From Girardia tigrina (taxonomy: Eukaryota), in assembly GCA_001938485.1 (NCBI GenBank), contig MQRK01202569.1:1-57683 (forward strand): a stretch of DNA of 57,683 nt. Direction: 5' to 3'. The position numbers were made by a program, and so were the translations under genes. Below the pieces are notes generated by a model, which did not search any database, was not told the DNA's origin, and was given only the letters and a program-made list of their open reading frames with translations. Below, piece after piece: positions 26,146 through 36,900 of the stretch. The first letter of the stretch is position 1. The number at the start of each line of letters is the position of its first letter.

Positions 26146-26328
26146 CAAGACTGCGGAGTCGGACTAAAATCGTCTGACACCGACTCCAACTCCTTTTTAT
26201 GTCAATTTATCATATTTGAAATTATTTTGGTCGGAGTCGCAGTCGGTGTTGAGTTTTACCACTCCGACTTAGAATCCGACTCCAAATCCGACTTATACTC
26301 AGCCTACGACTCTGACTCCGCAGCCCTG
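26146..26328. mobile_element. hAT-type MITE with GGAGTC/GACTCC repeats
   Basis: TIR CAAGACTGCGGAGTC / GACTCCGCAGCCCTG; 8-bp TSD GTTCCTTC / GTTCTTTC. Confidence 0.8.
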
Positions 26329-27989
26329 GTTCTTTCCACTACTATAAACTGTAAAGTTCTAACCATTTTTGACTTTTGTGTATTTATGTGTAAAGTCAAA
26401 TTATGTAAATCTGCGTGTATAATAAAACTTATCTAACCAGTGAAAATACATTTCTAATACACCATAAATAATGAAATGCAGTCGCTTGCAATTAAGACGT
26501 GAATTAGAAGCCTTCAATAATAAATTCCATAATAAAATTGACCAATAAAAAGTCTAAAATACATTTACACAGACATTAAAAATAAGCCACCACTTTTAAG
26601 AAAAATATCTAAGTAAAATAAATAAATAAACAGACCAAAACATATCTCATATACGCCTGATTTTCTACCATTCAGTTGTAAATATATACAAAACAAATTT
26701 AAATTTTAAAAAATATAGAAAATTCTAATTTATCGCCTACTAGTAGTGCTGATGAAAAATTTAAAGAGGTTGAAACAAGAAACAGTTTGATTTAATAGAG
26801 CATAGCATTGATGAATTTTGGAAGTTCCACAAACAATTTCCATACTTTGCATTTATAGTCCCACAAAAACGTTCAATAGATCGGGATAATTTGTTCTTTA
26901 GACATGAATAGGCCTCAGATAGCCTGATAAAAGTTTCATAAAAAGTATAACCCATGTTGTGAGTTTTGATTCCGAACTAATTTTTTATTTCAAAACTTTT
27001 GAAATACGCACTTATGAAATACACGCTCGTGTATAAATTGCTAAACGTTTAAACGTCCGAAAAAAGAAAACATTTTAACGATCGTTTAAAAGCTAATCGT
27101 GCCCATCTCGACCTTCACGATGACGACAAAAAAACCGATCATGGAGAGACAATTCAAAAAAATTAGAGATGCCATAATTATACAGATAAAAGACAAAACT
27201 TAAAAAGATTGAACCGAAATCATGCCAGAAATAGAGTTTATGCTAAAGAACACCGTGACAGGCTATTTTGGCTCAGTGAAATTTGGCATGATCTAACTGA
27301 AAAACTACTTAAATTGGTACAATGTAACTTGAAACATTTAAATAAGTAATTATTATAATGGCACATTTAATTTTTGCAAGTTTTCGTAGGCAAATATATC
27401 CATGATCCGTCGAAGTGGTAAATATACCCTTTATATATTTACCCATTCCACCACACAACAATTTATTTTGACACCGGTATTGCTTGTTCCGATGAAAATT
27501 AATGGCATATACCTTTAAGGTATATTTGAATGTTACCTCTTTGAGTTTTCCCAATAAACAGACTATCCTATTCAAAAATAAATTAAATAAGCAATTAAAT
27601 CAATTATAAGTACTGTTTGATTTGATTCTCGAAGCAGCTAATCATATCATTCACATTTTCATTCATCAAATTTTCAAAATTTTTGCAATAATAGTGCATC
27701 TTTAAATTAACTCTTTAATTATAGTGTACTAAGTTTTTTGTGCGCAATGTTGTCTAATTTATTATAGTGTGCCAAGTTTAATTGTGTCAAGTTGTCTTAT
27801 TTATTATTTTGTACCAAGTTTAAATGCGCTCAGTTATCTCTGTGACATTGATCGATTCAAACCCTTTATACAATTCAAGCAACCACAGGGAAATCCTTTT
27901 TGGTAGAAAATCACCTGGGAAAAAAGAAGAAAATGAATAAAAACACGACACAGACGAAGCAAATATTACGAATTGGACATAAAGTGCTA

Positions 27990-28184
27990 GTTCGCTCCAA
28001 ATCGATGAACCGAATTGTAAAAAAAATATTCAAAATAAAACATTTAATTTAATTGTTGTGAAAAGGACATTTAATATTGAAAAAAATTGAATATTGAAGA
28101 AAATTATCCTGTTGTTTAATTGAAAAAGTTTGAAGGTTATCGTAAACAAATTTTGAAAATAAATAAAGTATTGATTTGATTTAA
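27990..28184 (+). repeat. ~195-bp direct repeat (second copy 31237-31434)
   Basis: GTTCGCTCCAAATCGATGAAC...TTTGATTTAA in both copies. Confidence 0.9.
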
Positions 28185-29098
28185 ATATTGCCTCTAATTA
28201 GTTTTGAATTTGAAATCTCCGAATTCAAAACTGATTCTTCTCGAGTATTTCAATTTAGGAGTAAAAGAAGTGTTACTCCAGAATTTCACAGCTGCTAAAA
28301 CCGAAATGCGTAAAATAATGACTGCAATTAATTACACACTATTATTTGGTAGCAGAGCGCAGTTTAAATTTTTCGAATTAAAGAAGTGCGTTTGTCTAAT
28401 CATCGATTGAGATTCAGGATGTCGAGTTTTCTCTAAATAAAGTATTTGAAGAAATTCAAAAGGAAAGAAAAATGATGAAGGAAATTAAATGAAACAGAGG
28501 ATTTCAAACGTGTTGGGGTTACTTTTGGTGAACTTTAAATTTTTTGATATTTTTTAAAAATCATATTTGTATTTTAAGTAAATTAAAAATAATGTTCGAT
28601 TAATTAAAATGAAATAATTCTTTAAAATAAAAAACCTTTTAAATTCTTAAAAAAAAGAACAAGCTTATTCTTTAAATTTTTGGAAACAATTAATTGTTAT
28701 AAATAATCTCTAAAATAAAATCAAAAGTTTTAAACAGTTATTAGTAAAAAAAATCTTAATTAATTTTAAAAAAAGTTAATATCATAAATAATTGAATTTT
28801 AATTGTTTAGCATTTATTTTAAGAGTTATTCGGAAGAATTTTTTGTTAAAATTTTTGTTGTCAGAGATGTAATAAAAAAAAGATAATTTAAAGTTAAAAG
28901 GCAGTTGGAAATTCTGCAAATTAAAATTCGATAAATAATAGATAAAATATAGATATATTAAAAATTTTATAATTAATGAATCTCTATTAAATAATAATAA
29001 ATTTAAATATTGCTAAATATTTTTGTATTTTAAATTGGTAAGTTAGTTTTGCAATTTTATTAAAAAAATAAATTTTATAATTAATGAATCTCTGTTAA

Positions 29099-29377
29099 CC
29101 TTCACTCTGTGCATTGGGGTCAAATGGACCCCAGTCTATTTAAAAAGCGATTTATTATGTTTTGAATTATGTTTTGTTTCATTTATTAAAGCTTAATAAA
29201 TTTCATTTATTAAAGTTTAATAATCTTTTGTTATTAATAAGATATTATAATTAATAAAAATTTAAATAAAAACTAAAATTTTGTTAGTTTTCCTTACAAA
29301 ATATATCAAAATGTATATGGGGTACGATTGACCCCTATGCACAGACGCCGGAAAATTTTCAATGCACAGAGTGAAGG
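29099..29377. mobile_element. piggyBac-type MITE
   Basis: TTAA|CCTTCACTCTGTGCATTG ... CAATGCACAGAGTGAAGG|TTAA; perfect 18-bp TIR. Confidence 0.92.
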
Positions 29378-29621
29378 TTAAATAATAATAAATTTAAATA
29401 TTGCTAAATATTTTTGTATTTTAAATTGGTAAGTTATTTTTGCAATTTTATTAAAAAACAAATTAAAAAGAAATAATTTATAATCGAATGATTTAAAATA
29501 AAAAAATCAAAATTGAATAAAATAACATATTTATATATTTATCGATATTATTATTTATATTTAGAATTTTGAGATCTGGATTATGTAACTGAAATATTGT
29601 TCCTCATAAATTTATTTCAAT

Positions 29622-30760
29622 AATGAAAATTGTAGTAGAAATAAAGTTTACAAAATTATGACTTCCAATTTTAATTACAAACCTAATAAAACGTACAAAA
29701 GATGTATTGAAAAATGAATTAAATGAAACCGCTAAATTACTAGAATTAGGAAATGTCGAGAATCGAATCGAGAAAATGAATTTAGATTCATTACTTCCGA
29801 AACTGAAAGATGCTTCAAAAAGTAACTCGAAATCAATTGAAATAAGTAAATCCGACACAGAGAAAGCTAGAAAAGTTCAAGATTATGTAAGAGAGTTCAG
29901 AGAATTAAATATTAATTTGGAATTAAAAATAGAAAATTCACAATTTCTCTTAGAAACAAAATCATTTCGAGAGAAAGAGGTTATGAAAGAAAGTGAAATA
30001 TTAAATTCAAAGAATAAAGAGACTGAAATAAAAATCGGAAGTTTGAATGAGACAGTGAAAAAAATAATACATAAAAATAAATCTTTCGAGTGATTCAAAG
30101 AGAGAAAAGGATGAACTAAAATTGAAACAATCGACATTAGATTCGAAAAAAGATAAATTGAATGGAATAATTGATTAGAATAATTCTGAGGAATGAAATA
30201 TACGATCTGAGGAAACAAATTTATGAAGAATCTAACTTCTATTCTGGTTGAACTACAGAAAATGAAAAGATAATTAAAGGAAATCAATTATGGTCATCAA
30301 AAAGTCAAGAATTCCCAATTTTCATAAAAATCGATACAAAAATAATTTCACTTCATGTGAATCCTCAGATGACAATGGAATATATAAAAATAAAAATTCA
30401 TAAAAAAGAAGGAATTCCCACGAACTCACAAAAATTATTGTTAGATGGATTACTCTTGGAAGATCAAAAAAGGAGAGTGATACAGCTAAGAATGTTACAC
30501 TTTATCTTCTGCTTGGCCTGAAAGGAGGCATGGAAATGGATGAAGATGAATTAGATAGAAAAATGCTTTGCCAAAGGAGTTCAAAAGATAAATTATTACA
30601 ATTTAGAAGCAAGCTCGGACGTGCGGAGATATCCACTGAAGAACTCAATAGAACGATGGTTTCGTACAAAGAATGCTACATTGAAGTGCTGAAGGATTTC
30701 GAATCAATGGCAATTAATGCCAAACGGTTAAAGAAAAAGGAGAGAAAAAGAAATAAATAA
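29622..30760 (+). pseudogene. Decayed coiled-coil / ubiquitin-like domain / acidic-basic tail fusion
   Basis: UBL at 30312-30529: FPIFIKIDTKIISLHVNPQMTMEYIKIKIHKKEGIPTNSQKLLLDGLLLEDQK [frameshift] AKNVTLYLLLGLKGG, then MEMDEDELD...; upstream K/E-rich coiled coil with stops. Confidence 0.75.
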
Positions 30761-31435
30761 AAAAATTTTTATTTATTTAATTTACAAATGGGCTCAAATA
30801 AGAGTCAAAAAAATCACAACGCAAACAGAAGGCTCGCCATGGGAAAGATCAGTTAATGAATCAGAAAAGTAAAAAAAATCGAAAAGCTAATGATGGTCAA
30901 GATGTTTTCAGTGGAACAGAGGAATACAGAAAAGAAAGATCTACTAATGAACACACTGATGAACATGATGCTCATAAAAATCAATACGGTCGTCAAAATC
31001 AATCGCTTAGAATGTTAGTTCGTTTTAGACTAATTTTTTTGAGAGGAGAGTGCGACCAGTTGTGGCGAATTAAGTTCAAGTGATCATCGAGAGCAGAGTG
31101 AGTGTTCGTGGAGAGTTGAGTAGGCGGATACAGCGAGGAGAACACTGTCGGAACGAGCGAGGAGATGGCAAAATATAGTGAAACTACGAAACCGGACTTC
31201 ACTGGGAAATCACTTCGGTTCATGGGGAAAGAATATGTTCGCTCCAAATCGATGAACCACATAGTAAAAAAATTATTCAAAAAAACATTTAATTTAATTG
31301 TTGTGAAAAGGACATTTAATTTCATATTGTAAAAAAAATTGAATATTAAAAAAATATCCTGTTGTTTAATCGAATCAGTTTGAAGGTTATCGTAAACAAA
31401 TTTTGAAAATAAATGAAGTATTCATTTGATTTAAT

Positions 31436-31830
31436 TGGTGTCCGGTAAATTCACCGAAAACAATTCCCCGAATACAATTCACCGAATACAATTCACCGAA
31501 AAACTATTCACCGAAAATTTATTCACCGAAAAATATCCACGTCAAAAATAATACATAAGAATAATACATAAGAAGTCATAAATTTATTTTAAAATGACAA
31601 ACTTTATAATCAATAAAAAATGTTATGTCCCATACCTCTTAAATAAGGAATAATAGGTTGGCTGATTTCGTATTTTTCAACAAGTTTCTTCAGTCTTTCA
31701 GCATAATCTCGATATTTCTTTTTCCTTGGAGCAGGATCCTGTCCGGCAATCATTTGTTCAATTTTCGCAGAACTTAGACTTTGTTCGCGTTTTATACATT
31801 CAACTAACTTACATTTGTTGGGTATTTGAA
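31436..31830 (-). mobile_element. MULE end with AATTCACCGAA subterminal repeats and transposase C-terminus
   Basis: Tandem AATTCACCGAA 31449-31530; minus-strand PNKCKLVECIKREQSLSSAKIEQMIAG...YLRG. Confidence 0.7.
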
Positions 31831-33918
31831 TTAAAACTCGGTTTTATCCTTGTTTATATTAAATTTATAATCTGACTCCAAAACGACCAAAATGTTTCTT
31901 TCAAGAATAATATATGAAGGATGAACACAAATCCTTTTAATATACTTTATTTGCAAATGACAATTTGAGCACAAAATTAAATCTAAACTTTAACAATAAA
32001 TCAATATTTTGAAGCACACTCCACCGGCACAAACCAATATCAATTTAGAACGAGCAATATCTGAAAATTGAGATTAAATTTTTCTCCTTTACAAGATACT
32101 AAATTTGTTAAGTAAACAAAGATTAAAGGAAGAAAGATTACCGTAAATCATAATAAAGTTTAAAGATTTAATAGGGTCCACAAGTATAATTTTGTCTGTA
32201 ATTTTGTTGTGAATATGACTTGTGAAGGACTCATGTGAAAAGCTCAATCCTTTAAATTTTTGAATAAATAATTTTTATAAATAATATTTGAAATAAGTAA
32301 ATATTTAAAATCAAAAGTTGTCTAAACATTTATAATTTAAAAATATATCGTAATTAATTTTAATAAGTTATTTTCGAGAATAATCGAATTTTATTTGAAG
32401 AGTAAAAAAAACTTAAAATGAAATTAATTGGGAAATAATGAATTTTTAAATAATTGATTAAAAATATATATATATATATATATATAAATACAAGGATAAA
32501 ATAGGTTGTAATAATTTTAAAAATTATTCTAAATAGTTTTGTAAAAAAAATTTAATTAAGACTTATCATTAATGCATCGTAATAATAATAAAATTTGTAA
32601 ATTACTATAAAATACTCTAAATTATTTTTTGGTATTTAAATTGTATGGTATTTAAAATAATTGTAGGTAAAAATGCTTTTAAATATTAATAANNNNNNNN
32701 NNNNNNNNNNNNNNNNNNNNNNNNNNNNNNNNNNNNNNNNNNTATAAAATACTCTAAATTATTTTTTGGTATTTAAATTGTATGGTATTTAAAATAATTG
32801 TAGGTAAAAATGCTTTTAAATATTAATAATAAAATTCGTAAATATTGAAAAAAAATAAAACATTAAAATCTTTATTAATTAGAAATGTTTCCCCAAAAAA
32901 AAAAGAAATAACATTAAACTAATTCTAAAATAATAAAAAATCATTAAGGTTAATTTATTAAAAATATGACAACAACATTTTTATTAAATAGAATTAAAAA
33001 ATTTTCAAATAAATAGAATTAAAAATTTTCAATTTTAAAATCACTTACCAGTTATTTATATTTATAATTTCATATTTTTATATAAGAATCTGGTCATAAA
33101 GAAAACGTTAGAAAAGTTCCTCTAAAAAAATTTTTATTAAAAAACAACAATTTTTATTACAACAAAAATTGTTTGAATAATTGTTAATTGTGTTATTAAT
33201 AAATTTTTGGTGATTAATGAATTCTAATATTGATCAAGAACCCAACATGACTGAAATAATTATTGTTTATATACTACTTTTTAAATAACCTTGAAAATTA
33301 GTTTGCTAAAACAATTCTAAAAATATTTACAAATATTCTACAAATTTTATTACAATAACTATTATTATAAAAAAATTATTAATTTTAACCAGAGAATTAT
33401 TTTTAATTTTTCTATTAGATTTCAAAATTTTAATTTATATTTATCGGAACCCCAACACATTGCAACCCAAATGGTACTGGCTCAGCGCAACTGACTGATG
33501 ATTCGAAATTCGAATCCCATCTACAATAATCCATGTGTATCTATAACCAATTATAGTTCGGTACAAAATCAAATTGGTAGTTTGAGGCTTTTTATCAATG
33601 CTTCATTTTATAAATGCATCAGACTTAATAAATAAGATTTCATTGTTACAGATTTAATAAGAAACGAAAACATTATAAAAGCTATATGTAATATTAATCA
33701 AAATCCTTCGAAAATACGTAAAATTTCTTCAATAATTCAATTTGGTTTTATTTTTTGTTCCTTTAAAATTCAATGACATATGTTAAGTAACATAAAAAAT
33801 ATAAAATAAAGACAAAACGAACAAACCATTATTTTATTAAAAATTCATAGAATCAGATTTTCGTTTAAAGTAAAAAACTCAGTAATATGTTAAAAGAATT
33901 TTAATAAGTGTGAATATT

Positions 33919-33960
33919 TTATACTTCCTTTTGCGATAAGTGTGAATATCTTCTTCCTGT
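33919..33960 (-). CDS. Gene B candidate cytoplasmic-tail exon
   Basis: atacag|ACA GGA AGA AGA...TAA = TGRRYSHLSQKEV*; phase 0 fits the TM exon donor. Another exon could be hidden in gap 36805-36985. Confidence 0.4.
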   Translation of the reverse strand, partial: TGRRYSHLSQKEV

Positions 33961-36900
33961 CTGTATTGAAAAATAATTATTTTTAAAAAATAATAATCAT
34001 GAAAAGAAATTATTATTAAAAAATTGTTATAATAAATTAATCATTTTTTAATATTTTTAATAAATTTATATTTGGAAAATATTTTGGATGAAAATGTTAT
34101 TTGAAAAGAATAAAAAAATGTTTTATTGTAAAAGAAAATTTACTTTTTATTTTTGAAAACAGTATTAAGTAATATTTTATAAGTCTTAAGGTAATAAAAA
34201 TTATCTTTTAAAATATTATTATTTGACATGTTTTGTAAAAAATTACAAATTTGGTGGAAACAAAAGAAAGTAAACAGTAAATAGCTAAAAAATATGGCAA
34301 AAATTACTTAAAAAGATTACTTAAAAACGGAGACAGCTCTGAGAAGATTAACTGAAGATTGTCTGGTCGCGTTAGACGCAAATAAGGAACGCCAACCAAA
34401 GACCACACTGCTTAAAACATTTGAAAATCAAGTATTCCAAAGAAGCTCATAAAAGATAAATTGTTTTCTTTTAAAACTAAGTTCCCTACGTAGAAAGATG
34501 CTAAGAAATTTTTTATATGAACGTAAGCAAAAGGAGAAAAGCGTTGTTGGAAAAAGGATTGTGCTTCAAATAATTGTCTAAAGCAGAGTTTTTGCTAGAA
34601 AAGATAAAAAGAAAAAAAGTAAAAGTAAATAAACAGGAAAAAAACCCCAAAACCCAGCATAAATTTCACTTATTTTCAGTCTCGGTGATAATTTTTGAAA
34701 TAATAAACAATTTTCAATTCGATTTTTTTTATTAAATTAATTATTAGGTGTATAACTTAGTTTTTTGGATTTTCTAAGAGATGGTGTAATATTTGTAATA
34801 AGCATTATTTTACATTCGTACGTACAGATTTTTAAAGTGCTGAAATCGAGGCATTAAAATTAAGTAGGTCATTGACCTTAAATGCATCATAAACATATTT
34901 TTAATCACGTTTTAGCATGACAACTTTCATACCANNNNNNNNNNNNNNNNNNNNNNNNNNNNNNNNNNNNNNNNNNNNNNNNNNNNNNNNNNNNNNNNNN
35001 NNNNNNNNNNNNNNNNNNNNNNNNNNNNNNNNNNNNNNNNNNNNNNNNNNNNNNNNNNNNNNNNNNNNNNNNNNNNNNNNNNNNNNNNNNNNNNNNNNNN
35101 NNNNNNNNNNNNNNNTCAACCAAAAAGATTCGAAGATGAAGATTTGGAATCATTACTGAAGGAAGATTCTACTCAAACAGAGAAAGAGCTTGCAAAACAG
35201 TTAAATGTTACTCAAGCAGCCATAAGTAAACGTTGAAAGCCAACATTGAAAGTCGATTATTGATATTCAATTCGTTGCTTACAAGACAACGAAGATGGTT
35301 GTTTTTGCATAATATTGTGACTGGAGATGAAAAATGGATTTATTATGTTAACTCTAAACGCAAGAAATCGTGGGTTCATACCGGCGAACCGTCGACGTCA
35401 ACAGCAAAAAGAAACATTCATGGAAGCAAGGTTATGTTGTGCATTTGGTGGGATCAGAAAAGTGTACTGTACTATGAGCTGCTGAATTCGAATGAAACTG
35501 TTAATGCAGAACGTTACCAACAACAGTTAATGAAACTGAACGATGCATTGAAGGAAAAACGTCCTATTCCAGCCAACAAACAGCGCACAGGGATTTTGCT
35601 CCATGACAATACTCGGCCACATGTCGCAAAACAAGTAAAAAACACGTTGGAAGCACTTAAATGGGAAATTCTACCTGCATGTTGCCTATTCACCAGATTG
35701 TGCCGCATCAGATTATCATCTGTTCCGATCAATGCAAAGCGCTCTTCGGGACCAGCACTTCAGAAACAAGGAACATATAAAAAAATGGCTGGAACAATGG
35801 ATCGCATCAAAAGACCAAAACTTTTTTTNNNNNNNNNNNNNNNNNNNNNNNNAAAGATGGTCGAAAGTCATAATTAACGATGGAAAATATTTTGATTAGA
35901 ATAAAACTTATTATGTCATATAAATAAACTTGTCTGTTCTGCAAAAAAAATCCAAAAAACTAAGTTATACACCTAATAACACTGAAAATGGATTTCATAT
36001 CATAAAAGTTTGCTGTCCATATGAACGAATGAACGGATAAAAAACGAATCTTATTAACGATAAAGTGAAATATTTTTAAGAAAAATTGAAAATTATAACA
36101 AAATTTAAATTTCTTTCTAAGTATTATAAATATAAATTAAATTAAATAAATTAAACTTCAAAATTATTAACATAATAAATTAGTTTAAGACAAAAAAAAA
36201 CAAAATAAGTAAAAAAAATTATAGCAAAAATAAAAATAATGATATTAACATAAAATAATTGAAATTTAATACTTATCAGTAAATTATTATTACTATTATT
36301 AATAATATTAATTTTAATATAAAATTTCTCAAAACGAATTTTCAAAATATTTAAGAAATATGTCTATAAATTAAATCATTCAAAACCTTTAAGGTTGAAA
36401 ATATTTTTAAATTAAAGTCTAAACTGATAATTTTATCATTTAAAAATCATTGTAAAAAAATGAAAACTGAATAAAATGAAATTTTATAAAAGTATAAAAT
36501 ATAAGAAAACTTTGGTTTAAGACTTGTTTTAAAGTAAAAATGTCTTTAAAATGACTTTTTTATGATAAAAAAATGAAAAAGTTTAGTTTAAGATTTTTTA
36601 CAAAATTATAAAAACAATGTTGAAAAATTAATTTTGAAAATTCCTAAAATAAAAGAAATAATAAATAAAGTATTCGTATATATATATATTACATTATGTT
36701 TGCGTAAAAATGGTTTGTGAAATAGAAAATTGTTCCTCGAAAAGTTGTCCCAAAAATATGCTATTGTGCTATTTTAATAAAATTTTGGTGTTATGACTTC
36801 AACTNNNNNNNNNNNNNNNNNNNNNNNNNNNNNNNNNNNNNNNNNNNNNNNNNNNNNNNNNNNNNNNNNNNNNNNNNNNNNNNNNNNNNNNNNNNNNNNN

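Noticed and set aside
31449-31530. Short regularly spaced repeats resembling a CRISPR array
   Set aside because: Near-tandem TE subterminal repeats with no unique spacers or cas genes, in a eukaryotic context.
32607-32830. Exact direct repeat on both sides of a 50-N gap
   Set aside because: Typical unmerged contig overlap artefact.
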